64,000 bases of DNA from Bacilli bacterium. GTDB lineage: Bacteria > Bacillota_I > Bacilli_A > RF39 > UBA660. The position numbers were made by a program, and so were the translations under genes. The notes under the pieces are model-generated. The model saw only the letters and a program-made list of their open reading frames with translations, was not told the origin of the DNA and made no database searches. Numbering within the stretch: position 1 is the first letter of the stretch; each line of letters opens with the position of its first letter. Shown here piece after piece: positions 48,341 to 58,403 of this stretch. Location of the stretch: positions 17,280 through 81,279 of the forward strand of contig JAFQQE010000012.1 in assembly GCA_017411405.1 (NCBI GenBank), read 5' to 3'.

Positions 48341-49777
48341 ATGCATGATTTTGAAATATTATTAGACGTAATAAAATCTTATAATGAAGAAGAAATAGAA
48401 AGAATTAAAAAAGCGTATTCTTTTGCTAGTGAGGCACATAAAAATCAAGTTAGACAAAGTGGGGAACCTTATATAATTCATCCAATAAACGTTTGTATTA
48501 ATTTGGCTAAATTTCATGCGGATGGTGCAACACTTGTTGCTGGTATGTTACATGATGTAGTTGAAGATACTAAATATACTATAGAAGATATAGAAAATGA
48601 ATTTGGTAGCGAGGTTGCTAAATTAGTTTTGGGTGTTACTAAAATTAATGATATTCATTTTTCTTCTTTAGATGAAGCTAGAGATGCTAATATTAGAAGA
48701 ATTATTACTAGTTTAAATGACGATGTAAGAATAATTATTATAAAACTTTGTGATAGACTTCATAATATGAGAACTTTAAAGTTTAAGGAATCATTTAAAC
48801 AACAAAGAAGTGCATTGGAGACTTTATCTATTTTTGTTCCTTTAGCATATTTTATTGGAGCTTTTAGATTAAAATGTGAACTTGAAGATATTTGTTTGTC
48901 TTATTTAAAACCTGAAATATATGAAGATTTATTAAAAAAACAACAAAGAATTAAAAGAGAATATTCTCATTGTATTGAAATAACTTCTAAAAAGATATCA
49001 GAAATGTTAGATAGTAATTCAATAAAATATGAGATGCGTTCAAAGTTAATTAATATTTATAATGTATATAAAAAAATTAAAAGAGGGTATAAAATAAATG
49101 AAATTCATGATTTAGTTAATATAAAAGTTATTGTTGAAACTCGTGATGAATGTTATAGAGTCTTGGGGTTAGTACATAAATTATTTAAGCCAATGAATTA
49201 TAAATTTAAAGATTATATTGCTACACCTAAAACTAATATGTATAGATCTTTACATACTACAGTTTTTGGTCCTTTAGAAAAATTAATTCAAATTCAAATA
49301 AAAACTAAGGATATGGATAATATAAATACTTATGGACTTGCTAGTTATTGGAATCAATATAGAGGTATGGGTAGTAAAAAAATGCAGGAAGAATTATTAC
49401 GTAATTATCAATTTATGTCTACTATTACTGATTTAAATGAAACTATTAAAAATGATAAAGCTTTTATAGAAAAAATAAAAAATGAAATATTTAGTAATAA
49501 TATATATGTATATACTGCTAATGGTGATATAGTTGAATTACCTAATAATTCTACTCCAATTGATTTTGCTTATAAAATACATACTAATATTGGTAATCAT
49601 TTATCTAAATGTTTTGTTAATGGAGATGAAGTATCTTTAGATTATAAATTAAAAAATAAAGATAGAATTATTGTAATTGTAAAAGATAGTAGTCATCCAT
49701 ATAAAAAGTGGTTGAATATAGTTACTACTAGCTTAGCTAAAAGAAAAATAAAAGAGTATTTTAAAAGTAAAGAATAA
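48341..49777 (+). CDS. rel: RelA/SpoT homologue (HD, synthetase-like and TGS domains) lacking the C-terminal regulatory domains
   Basis: SGEPYIIHP, MLHDVVEDT, CDRLHNMRTL, KDYIATPKTNMYRSLHTTV and a TGS segment (YVYTANGDIVELPNNSTPIDFAYKIH). 478 aa. Confidence 0.8.
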   Translation: MHDFEILLDVIKSYNEEEIERIKKAYSFASEAHKNQVRQSGEPYIIHPINVCINLAKFHADGATLVAGMLHDVVEDTKYTIEDIENEFGSEVAKLVLGVTKINDIHFSSLDEARDANIRRIITSLNDDVRIIIIKLCDRLHNMRTLKFKESFKQQRSALETLSIFVPLAYFIGAFRLKCELEDICLSYLKPEIYEDLLKKQQRIKREYSHCIEITSKKISEMLDSNSIKYEMRSKLINIYNVYKKIKRGYKINEIHDLVNIKVIVETRDECYRVLGLVHKLFKPMNYKFKDYIATPKTNMYRSLHTTVFGPLEKLIQIQIKTKDMDNINTYGLASYWNQYRGMGSKKMQEELLRNYQFMSTITDLNETIKNDKAFIEKIKNEIFSNNIYVYTANGDIVELPNNSTPIDFAYKIHTNIGNHLSKCFVNGDEVSLDYKLKNKDRIIVIVKDSSHPYKKWLNIVTTSLAKRKIKEYFKSKE

Positions 49778-49863
49778 TTGCTCTTTTTTTGTATAAAAAA
49801 TGTAAAAGATATTCAGTTAATCATTTTTAAATGTTATAATAAAATAGTTAAGAAGGTGAAGTT

Positions 49864-52800
49864 ATGGATGATAAATTAAATAGGTTTTTTAATAAGATAG
49901 GATATACTAATTTAGAAGATTTTAAAGATTCTAATGTAGAAAAGGTAACTATTAATAAATTAGAAGAATCTTGGACAGTATATATTAAAAATAAGAAGTT
50001 TATTAATATTGATAGTATGATAAATTTAATTAATTTATGTAGTAAGGGTATAGATGATGTTAAAACTATTAATATTGTTTTTAGTAATGAAATTATTACA
50101 AACGATGATATTATAACTTCTTTTAGATATTTATTAAATGATTTAATTAAAGAAAGTCCTTCTTTATCTAGTATTATAAATAATGAAATAACTATAATTG
50201 ATGATGTTATAACTATTGAAGTTATTAGTGAAATAGAAGAAAAATTAATTAAGAAAGAAACTAAAAAATTAATTAAAAAATTAGAGATGTTTGGGTTATA
50301 TGATTTAAATATAAATTGTAAGATAAATGAAAAATTAAAAGAAGAAATAAAGAAAAAAATTAAAGAAACTAGAGTAGAAATAGTTAAAACAGAAGAAGTT
50401 AGTCCAATAATTTTGGGTGAGGCTATAAAGGGTAAGGTAAGTACAATAGATTCTATAGTTGGTGAAGATAATAATATTGTAGTAGAGGCTTTTGTATTTG
50501 GGCTAGATATTTTTGAATCTAGTAAAAGTAACTTTAAAATATTAACTTTAAAAATAAGCGATAAAACTGATAGCATTTTAGCAAAGGTATTTAGTAAAGA
50601 TGAAGATGAATTTAAAAATATTTGTAAATCTATAAAGTCTGGTAATTGGTATAAGATAAGAGGTTATATAAAAAATGATCAGTTTGCTCATGATATGGTA
50701 TTAAATATAAGAGATATGGAAAATATACCAAGTAAAGATGTGAGTATAATTGATGATGCAGAGGAGAAAAGAATAGAATTACATGCACATACGTTTATGA
50801 GTCAGATGGATGGTTGCGTAGATGCTAAGAAGTTATTAAAGACCGCTACAAAGTGGGGACATAAGGCTATAGGTATAACTGATCACAACGGTTGTCAATC
50901 TTTTCCAGATGTTTATCACTTTGTAACTGATTATAATAAAGGTAAAAGTGAAGAAGATAAATTTAAAGCAATATATGGCTCTGAAATGGTTTTAGTAGAT
51001 GATACTGTAAGGATAGTAACTAGACCGAATGAATTGTCTATTATGGATACTACATATTGTGTATTTGATATTGAAACAACTGGTTTTAATGCAGGTGGTC
51101 AAGACTCTATTATTGAAATTGGTGCAGTGTTAATTAGAAATGGAGAAATTATTGATAGATTTGATGAATTAATAGATCCAAAAAGACCACTTCCTTATAA
51201 GATAATTGAATTAACTAATATAACAGATGATATGTTAAAAGGTAAAGATGATGAAGAGACTGTAGTTAAAAGATTTATGGAGTGGGCAAAAGATTATCCT
51301 TTAGTTGCTCATAATGCTAAATTTGATACTTCATTTATAGATATGTGTCATAAAAAATATAATATGGGTGAATTTACACATTGTGTTATAGATACTTTAG
51401 AATTATCACGTGCTTTAGAACCTGAATATAATAAGCATAGCTTAAGTGCATTAGTTAAAAGGTATGATGTTCCTTGGGATGAAGATGCTCATCATAGAGC
51501 AGATTATGATGCAGAAGGGACTGCTTTAGTTTTAACTAAAATGTTAAAAAAATTACAATCTAAAAAGTTTGAAAAAATTAGTGAGATAAATAATTTAATC
51601 GATAGTAAAGAAATACATAAATATGGTAGAACTTTTCATGTTAATTTACTAGTACAGAATAAAATAGGTTTAAAAAATTTATTTAAAATAATTAGTTATG
51701 CCAATACTACTTATTTATATAAAACTCCTAGAATTTTAAGAAGTAAATTAGAAGAATTAAGAGAAGGTATTTTAATTGGTAGTGGTTGTTATGAATCTGA
51801 AGTATTTATAGAAGCAAGAAGTAAAAGTGAAGAAGAGTTAAGAAATATTATTGATTTTTATGATTATGTTGAAATACAACCTAAAGATGCTTATAGTCAT
51901 TTAATAGATCAAAGTGATTTTTTAAATGAAGCAGAATTGGAAAGTAGTATTAGAAAAATAATTAATTGTACTAAAGAACAAGGTAAAATAATTGTTGCTA
52001 CTGGAGATGTACATTATTTAAATAAAGAAGATAAAATTTATAGAGAGATAATAATTAATCAAAAAGTTCCAGGTGGAGGAAGACATACTTTAAATAGACC
52101 TAGTATAACACATATACCAGAAAATCATTTTAGAACTACAAATGAAATGCTTGATGATTTTTCTTATTTAGGTAGTGAACTTGCTTATGAAATGGTCGTT
52201 TTAAATCCCAAGAAAATTAGTGATAGTGTTGAAATAATTGAGGTTATTATTGAAACTGGAGGAGTGCCTTTTTCTCCTAAGATGGGCGACTCTAGAGGAG
52301 AAGTTTATAAATTAGTTTATGATAAAGCTCATAGTATGTATGGAAATCCTTTACCTAATAATATAGAAAGTAGAATAGCACAAGAATTATATGGTGATGG
52401 AATTTTAGCTTTAGTAAAAAATAAAGTAAAGAGTGAAAATGAAGATAAATCTGATGAAGAAATAGAAAATATTTTTTATACTGAATTATCTAATATAGTT
52501 AAAGAAGGTTATGATAAAGTATTTGAATTAACTAAAGAGAATATAAAAAATACAAGTGATAGCGAGTTAACTTTAGAGGAATTAGATAAACAAACTAAGA
52601 AAAATTTAGGCGGAATAATTGGTGGAGGTTTCGATGTAATATATCTTATTGCACAAAAATTAGTTAAACACTCTAATGATGATGGATATTTAGTTGGTTC
52701 TCGTGGTAGTGTAGGATCTAGTTTTGTTGCAACTATGATGGGGATAACAGAAGTTAATCCTTTGCCTGCTCATTATTTATGTCCGAATTGTAAAATGAGT

Positions 52801-54399
52801 ATTTTTAATTTTGAAGATGGTAGAAGTTTAGGTAGTGTTTATTCTAGTGGGTTTGATTTGCCTGATAAAAATTGTCCTAATTGTGGTACTCCTTTTGAAA
52901 AAGATGGGCAAGATATGCCATTTGCAACATTCTTAGGATTTAATGCTGATAAGGTTCCTGATATAGATTTAAACTTTTCTGGTGATAATCAAGCAAGTGC
53001 TCATGAATATACTAAGGTATTATTTGGTGTTGATAACGTATATCGTGCTGGTACAATAGGTACTGTTGCTGAAAAAACCGCTTATGGTTTTGTTAAAGGA
53101 TATTGCGAAGAAAAAGGAATAAATTTAAGAAGTGTAGAGATAGAAAGATTAGCAATGGGATGTACTGGAATTAAAAGAACTACTGGACAACATCCTGGAG
53201 GAATAGTTGTTATACCTGGTTATATGGATGTCTTTGATTTTACGCCATTTCAATATCCTGCAGATGATCCAGAAAGTGCTTGGCGAACTACTCATTTTGA
53301 TTATCATGCTATTGATCAGGATGTATTAAAATTAGATATACTTGGACATGATGATCCGACTGTGTTAAGAATGTTACAAGATTTATCAGGTATGGATGTT
53401 ACAAAAGTACCTTTAGATGATAAAGATACTATGGCTATATTTAAATCTCCGGAACCATTAGGTGTTACAAGTGAGAGAATTATGTGTGAAACCGGTACAT
53501 TAGGTATACCTGAATTTGGTACTAAATTTACTATTGGTATGCTTATGGATACTAAACCATCAACTTTTTCTGAGTTGATTAAAATTTCTGGTTTATCACA
53601 TGGTACTGATGTATGGTTAGGCAATGCTCAAGAATTAATTAGAAATAACGTAGTTGAATTTAAAGACGTTATTGGTTGTCGTGATGATATAATGGTATAT
53701 TTAATGTACCGTGGATTAGCTCCTAAAAAAGCTTTTAAAATAATGGAATTTGTAAGAAAAGGAAAAGCTAGTAAAGATCCTGAAGCTTGGATGGAATATG
53801 ATAAAGAAATGAGAGAAGCTGGAATTGAAGATTGGTTTATCGATTCTTGTAGAAAAATAAAATATATGTTCCCTAAAGCTCATGCTGCTGCATATGTAAT
53901 AAGCGCATTCAGAATTGCATATTTTAAAGTACATCATCCATTACTTTATTATGCTGCGTATTTTTCAATAAGATGTGATGATTTTGATGTCGATTCTATG
54001 ATAAAAGGAGAGACAGCTATTAGAGCTAAAATAGAAGAATTACAAAATAAAGGATTTGAAATATCAAATAAAGAAGCTAATACTTTAGATGTTTTATTGC
54101 TTGCACTTGAAATGACAGCAAGGGGATTCTCATTTAAAAATATAGATTTAGAGAAATCAGATTCAAGATATTTCTTAATAGATGAAGATAAAAATAGCTT
54201 AATTATTCCTTTTAGAGCATTAGATGGAATGGGTGTTCAAGCGAGTCAACAAATAGTTGTGGAAAGAGAAAAGGGTAAATACATTAGTATAGAAGATTTA
54301 CAAAATAGAGGTAAAGTTAATACAACTTCTATAGAAAGATTAAGATCACTTGGTGTTTTAAAAGGTTTACCTGAGTCTAGCCAATTAAGTTTATTTTAA
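49864..54399 (+). CDS. polC: DNA polymerase III alpha subunit, PolC type
   Basis: PHP motif (ELHAHT), exonuclease motif FDIETTG, zinc finger CPNC...CPNC and the polymerase core. 1511 aa. Confidence 0.97.
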   Translation: MDDKLNRFFNKIGYTNLEDFKDSNVEKVTINKLEESWTVYIKNKKFINIDSMINLINLCSKGIDDVKTINIVFSNEIITNDDIITSFRYLLNDLIKESPSLSSIINNEITIIDDVITIEVISEIEEKLIKKETKKLIKKLEMFGLYDLNINCKINEKLKEEIKKKIKETRVEIVKTEEVSPIILGEAIKGKVSTIDSIVGEDNNIVVEAFVFGLDIFESSKSNFKILTLKISDKTDSILAKVFSKDEDEFKNICKSIKSGNWYKIRGYIKNDQFAHDMVLNIRDMENIPSKDVSIIDDAEEKRIELHAHTFMSQMDGCVDAKKLLKTATKWGHKAIGITDHNGCQSFPDVYHFVTDYNKGKSEEDKFKAIYGSEMVLVDDTVRIVTRPNELSIMDTTYCVFDIETTGFNAGGQDSIIEIGAVLIRNGEIIDRFDELIDPKRPLPYKIIELTNITDDMLKGKDDEETVVKRFMEWAKDYPLVAHNAKFDTSFIDMCHKKYNMGEFTHCVIDTLELSRALEPEYNKHSLSALVKRYDVPWDEDAHHRADYDAEGTALVLTKMLKKLQSKKFEKISEINNLIDSKEIHKYGRTFHVNLLVQNKIGLKNLFKIISYANTTYLYKTPRILRSKLEELREGILIGSGCYESEVFIEARSKSEEELRNIIDFYDYVEIQPKDAYSHLIDQSDFLNEAELESSIRKIINCTKEQGKIIVATGDVHYLNKEDKIYREIIINQKVPGGGRHTLNRPSITHIPENHFRTTNEMLDDFSYLGSELAYEMVVLNPKKISDSVEIIEVIIETGGVPFSPKMGDSRGEVYKLVYDKAHSMYGNPLPNNIESRIAQELYGDGILALVKNKVKSENEDKSDEEIENIFYTELSNIVKEGYDKVFELTKENIKNTSDSELTLEELDKQTKKNLGGIIGGGFDVIYLIAQKLVKHSNDDGYLVGSRGSVGSSFVATMMGITEVNPLPAHYLCPNCKMSIFNFEDGRSLGSVYSSGFDLPDKNCPNCGTPFEKDGQDMPFATFLGFNADKVPDIDLNFSGDNQASAHEYTKVLFGVDNVYRAGTIGTVAEKTAYGFVKGYCEEKGINLRSVEIERLAMGCTGIKRTTGQHPGGIVVIPGYMDVFDFTPFQYPADDPESAWRTTHFDYHAIDQDVLKLDILGHDDPTVLRMLQDLSGMDVTKVPLDDKDTMAIFKSPEPLGVTSERIMCETGTLGIPEFGTKFTIGMLMDTKPSTFSELIKISGLSHGTDVWLGNAQELIRNNVVEFKDVIGCRDDIMVYLMYRGLAPKKAFKIMEFVRKGKASKDPEAWMEYDKEMREAGIEDWFIDSCRKIKYMFPKAHAAAYVISAFRIAYFKVHHPLLYYAAYFSIRCDDFDVDSMIKGETAIRAKIEELQNKGFEISNKEANTLDVLLLALEMTARGFSFKNIDLEKSDSRYFLIDEDKNSLIIPFRALDGMGVQASQQIVVEREKGKYISIEDLQNRGKVNTTSIERLRSLGVLKGLPESSQLSLF

Positions 54400-54454
54400 G
54401 AATATTCGTCAAATTTTTTATAGTTAATCACCTAAAATATAAATAGGTGATAGT

Positions 54455-55321
54455 ATGCGAAAGATATTTAAAAGTAGAACTAATAATAAAAGTTTTATAA
54501 AAAAATTTATTATGCTACTCTTAATATCTTTTTTTAGTGCATACTTTTTAAATAAAATAAATCTTTTTCATAATGAGAGATTTACAAATTTATTAAAAAA
54601 AATTAGTATGAATGAATTGATTAATTCAGAATTGGAATTTAAAGGACAATATTTATTTAATATAGCTTTGAGTACTTTTGATAATATTAAGTTTACTAAA
54701 GAAGTATTTCAAAATGTAGAAGTGGAAAAAAATGAAGATAATGATGCTGTAATATATATTTATAATACTCATCAAACAGAGGAATATGAAACTATAGCAA
54801 ATTATAATTTGACTCCAACCGTATTAACTGCATCTTATATTTTAAAAGATTTATTAAAAGATTATGGAATTAATTCTATTGTAGAAGATAGGGATTTAAA
54901 AAGTGATATGAATCGTTTAGGTTATACGTATAAAGATGCGTATAAAGTAAGTAGAAATTGGTTAAATGAATTAGGAAATAAAGATATGAAATTGTATATT
55001 GATTTACATAGAGATAGCATTAATTATAAATTAAGCAATATAACTATAGATGGTAAAGATTATGCAAAGATCATGTTTGTTGTTGGGACTAATTATAATT
55101 ATCAAGAAAATATGAATGTTGCTACTTCTTTAGTAAATGAAATAGAAAGTATTAATAATAAAATTAGTAGGGGAATATTTACTAGAACTAGTGTATATAA
55201 TCAAGATTTTAATGAAAATTGTGTACTAATAGAAGTGGGAGGGCCAAATAGTACTTATGAAAGTGTAAGTAATAGTCTTTCTGTTTTAGCTTTAGCTATA
55301 AAAAATTATTTGGGTGAATGA
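54455..55321 (+). CDS. spoIIP: stage II sporulation protein P
   Basis: N-terminal TM helix. IYIYNTHQTEEY, IDLHRDS, MFVVG and LIEVGG motifs are typical of SpoIIP. Confidence 0.7.
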   Translation: MRKIFKSRTNNKSFIKKFIMLLLISFFSAYFLNKINLFHNERFTNLLKKISMNELINSELEFKGQYLFNIALSTFDNIKFTKEVFQNVEVEKNEDNDAVIYIYNTHQTEEYETIANYNLTPTVLTASYILKDLLKDYGINSIVEDRDLKSDMNRLGYTYKDAYKVSRNWLNELGNKDMKLYIDLHRDSINYKLSNITIDGKDYAKIMFVVGTNYNYQENMNVATSLVNEIESINNKISRGIFTRTSVYNQDFNENCVLIEVGGPNSTYESVSNSLSVLALAIKNYLGE

Positions 55322-55649
55322 TATGGATAAAAAAAAGAAAAAAAATAATTTAATATTAAAAATTTTGTTAGTTCTTTTTATAATATATTTTTGCTTATAT
55401 TTGATGAATAATTTAGGATATTATAATATTAATTCAAAAAATGTTGTATTAACTAATGAAAAAATAAAAGAATTTGAAGATGATATAAAAAATGGAGAAA
55501 ATATAGATATTAAAAATTATATAAATGATAATATTAATTATAAAAATACCTATAGTAATTTAGGTTATAACTTATCTTTAGGAATAGACAATATATTTAA
55601 TAAAGGGATTAAGAAAGTTAGTAAAATATTCAAAAAATTATTTAAATAA
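55314..55649 (+). CDS. small membrane protein, hypothetical
   Basis: Overlaps the spoIIP stop by 8 nt. One TM helix. No family recognised. Confidence 0.45.
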   Translation: MNDMDKKKKKNNLILKILLVLFIIYFCLYLMNNLGYYNINSKNVVLTNEKIKEFEDDIKNGENIDIKNYINDNINYKNTYSNLGYNLSLGIDNIFNKGIKKVSKIFKKLFK

Positions 55650-55654
55650 AAAAG

Positions 55655-57319
55655 CTATTCTTTTATAAGAACAGCATGTATAACTAATCTTTGAGCACTA
55701 GTAGTGCCACAAGTAGATAAAGTTAAAATATGGTCATCTTTTGTTACTTCTACATTAAAATCGTACATACTTCTATTTTTTAAGAAATCAATAAAAGTTT
55801 GATATTCATCTAAGTCACCAAAATTAGCGTATAAATAATCGTTGGTTTCAGGTACTTTATAAATAGAAAATATTTTCCATTTCATATTTTTAACTTTAGT
55901 ATTAAATGTTATAATTTGATTTTCTTCATTTTTATACCATGATTCATTTGTTGCATATCTAAGTGTACCAAACATCATACCATTTTTTAAATTATGAGCA
56001 TATATAATAGTATTATTACTCATATTATATACGTTATTTCTATAATCCATATATACCCAACCGTATGAATTGTTTTTTTTGTTAAAATCTCTTTTTAAAT
56101 AATAATCATTATCAGTATGTTGTACTACTGGATAATTAATTTTAGTATTATTTACAGTTAACCAACCAACTGTTTCGTCATTGATTTTTCCTAGTTCTTC
56201 AAAAATTTGTTCATATTTTGTATAGTATGATGAAGGTGGTTCTGGTTTTGTTGTTGTATTCTGATTAGTAGTATTATTATCTTCTTCATTTTCTTCAGAA
56301 TCTATATATAATATATCGTCGTCATTTTCATTGTCGATATTTGGTAGTTCAAAATTATCTAATATGTTTGTTAAAGTTTCGTCTATTTTATTAAGTTTTT
56401 TTTCACTTGTGTAATTTTTATAATAATCTAATCCAGAAAATAATAATGCACCTAATAAAACAACTATACATATATATTTTAATGTTACAAAATTTAATTG
56501 TTTAAAGAAATTTTTTTTCTTATATTCTTTAGAATAAACAATTTTAAAATCTATATTTGATTCATTTAAATAGTCTTTATAAATATCTTTTAAATAGTTG
56601 ATAGAATTTACTATAATATTAATATTGTTTTTTTCATAAAATATTATATTTTTATTTATTATGTTGTTTTCCTTGAATAAATCAATGATCGAATATATTA
56701 AATCATTAGTATAATTTTTAATATGTATTTCTTTCAAATATTTGTTTATTCTTAAGAATGTTTTAAATTCTTCTAATTCTTTTAAATCAAAATTTTTGTT
56801 TATTACAACTTTCTTTTTATAATAAATATCAGAATAATTATTTAATTTGTTATCCTCCATGAATTTACTCATAAAAAATATTTCGCATCTTACTTCTATT
56901 TTTAAATTTTTATTAATGTCTAATCTTTCTAGTAAGTATGGTGGTATATCATAACAATTAATATATTCTAATGTATTATTATCTAATAATTTTAAAAATA
57001 TATCATATGTAATAGATTTATCATCACTAATTAATAATTTTTTAATATTTTTAAAACTATTTATTAAATCTAGAGTTAGAGTAGTTAGTTCTATATTATT
57101 TATTCTTACTTTATCAATGGAATTTTTAATTATAATTGTATTTAAAAAGCTGCTAACTAATTCTATATTATCTTTAATATATTGATATGAAAATAATAAT
57201 TCTTTAGTATCAATTATATTAGTGTTATTTAAGTTTTTATTTTCTTTAGATTTAACATGCGTTAAAGTAAGTAATTTTGAATTAACTCGTATTAAAACAT
57301 TATTCATAAATATAATCAC
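55655..57319 (-). CDS. class B sortase with long N-terminal cytoplasmic extension
   Basis: The C-terminal roughly 200 aa carry IIYAHN (His), LTLSTC (Cys) and RLVIHAVL (Arg). The TM helix sits at about aa 275-295, preceded by about 270 aa of unknown fold. Confidence 0.7.
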   Translation of the reverse strand: MIIFMNNVLIRVNSKLLTLTHVKSKENKNLNNTNIIDTKELLFSYQYIKDNIELVSSFLNTIIIKNSIDKVRINNIELTTLTLDLINSFKNIKKLLISDDKSITYDIFLKLLDNNTLEYINCYDIPPYLLERLDINKNLKIEVRCEIFFMSKFMEDNKLNNYSDIYYKKKVVINKNFDLKELEEFKTFLRINKYLKEIHIKNYTNDLIYSIIDLFKENNIINKNIIFYEKNNINIIVNSINYLKDIYKDYLNESNIDFKIVYSKEYKKKNFFKQLNFVTLKYICIVVLLGALLFSGLDYYKNYTSEKKLNKIDETLTNILDNFELPNIDNENDDDILYIDSEENEEDNNTTNQNTTTKPEPPSSYYTKYEQIFEELGKINDETVGWLTVNNTKINYPVVQHTDNDYYLKRDFNKKNNSYGWVYMDYRNNVYNMSNNTIIYAHNLKNGMMFGTLRYATNESWYKNEENQIITFNTKVKNMKWKIFSIYKVPETNDYLYANFGDLDEYQTFIDFLKNRSMYDFNVEVTKDDHILTLSTCGTTSAQRLVIHAVLIKE

Positions 57320-57389
57320 TTACTTTCTATTCTTATATATATTAATAGTATCATGAATTTATAAAAAATACAATTATATTATTAGTTGT

Positions 57390-58169
57390 TTAAATAATTT
57401 GAAAATCTTTAAAATTATTTTCATCGTAATTATAATATGTTACTTTATTAAATAATTTTTCTATATTATCTTTTTTTATTTGAAAAACCAAATTTTTATT
57501 ACAATATCTTCCTTTATTATCGCCAGATTTACTTATTCGAGAAATGATAGATACTTCTATAAGTCCATTTTTGAGTAAGTTTTTAAATGTATAAAAATTT
57601 TTGAGTTCATAAAGTTGTATTTCATAATATCTAAAATATTCTATATTATTTAATATTTTTTTGCTAGCTTTAATAATGGCTAAATTTTTTAGTTTTATTA
57701 GTAAATGTTTTCTTATGTTTTCTAATTCTACATATGCCTTCTTTTCAATTAATACTTTATTTTTGTTGTATACACATATAAAAAGCTTTTCTCCTTCTAA
57801 ACAAAGGCTTAAGTAATATTTTTTATTTAAATCAGATAATTCGTTAACTCTAATTTTTCTTATTAGAGTTTTTTTCTCTTTAAAATCTTTATCATAGTTT
57901 CCATATGTTTGATTTAATCGAATTATCTCTTTATTTGAAGGGCCATCTATTGCTAAAGAGAAAAGTGATATAGGAAAACGACTATATCTTGTTGTACATT
58001 TTATTTCTATATCTTCATAATCTGGTGTATAGTTTGTATCAATTTTTTTACCTATTTCTTTTTCGAATGTTAAACCGATGTTGCCATTCCCTAAAGTTAC
58101 TCCTTCTATCCATCTTTTTTTAGCTATAAGCTTAAATTTTTTTAATAAACCTTCAAAATTTCCTTTCAT
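57390..58169 (-). CDS. MvaI/BcnI-like PD-(D/E)xK restriction endonuclease homologue
   Basis: IGLTFEKEIGKKIDTNYTPDYEDIEIKC parallels the BcnI segment VGQILERQFG...LGDLGEFELKG as I recall it. The C-terminal F.YYEIQLY...NGLIEV...NKGRY..NLVFQI...IEKLF is collinear with the BcnI C-terminus. Confidence 0.55.
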   Translation of the reverse strand: MKGNFEGLLKKFKLIAKKRWIEGVTLGNGNIGLTFEKEIGKKIDTNYTPDYEDIEIKCTTRYSRFPISLFSLAIDGPSNKEIIRLNQTYGNYDKDFKEKKTLIRKIRVNELSDLNKKYYLSLCLEGEKLFICVYNKNKVLIEKKAYVELENIRKHLLIKLKNLAIIKASKKILNNIEYFRYYEIQLYELKNFYTFKNLLKNGLIEVSIISRISKSGDNKGRYCNKNLVFQIKKDNIEKLFNKVTYYNYDENNFKDFQII

Positions 58170-58273
58170 ATATACAGCTCCTTACATTTATATATATTAA
58201 GAAAAAATTTGTATTTCCTTTTTTATTTTAAATATTCTATAAAAAGATCAAAAAGGGCGGTCAGTAGGTAAAT

Positions 58274-58297
58274 AAAAAACAAAGCGCTTGCTTTGTT
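58274..58297 (-). terminator. terminator of the tRNA-CAU/tRNA-Leu transcription unit
   Basis: 8-bp stem AACAAAGC/GCTTTGTT, followed on the minus strand by a T-run. Confidence 0.6.
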
Positions 58298-58307
58298 AAT
58301 GTCAGTT

Positions 58308-58392
58308 TGGTGCAGGTAACAGGACTTGAACCTGCACGGAAGAATCCACTAGATCCTAAGTCTAGCGCGTCTGCCAGTTCCGCCATACCTGC
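58308..58392 (-). tRNA. tRNA-Leu (anticodon UAG), CCA encoded
   Basis: In the reverse complement, acceptor GCAGGTA pairs with TACCTGC. Anticodon loop is CUUAGGA. It has a long variable arm and T-loop GGTTCAAGTCC. Confidence 0.9.
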
Positions 58393-58403
58393 AATTAAAA
58401 AAA

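Noticed and set aside
49848-50576. 242-aa minus-strand ORF antisense to the 5' end of polC
   Set aside because: It lies wholly inside the well-supported polC frame. Its Ser/Ile/Leu/Phe-rich low-complexity product is what you expect from reading Lys/Glu/Ile/Asn-rich AT-rich coding sequence in reverse. It has no RBS.
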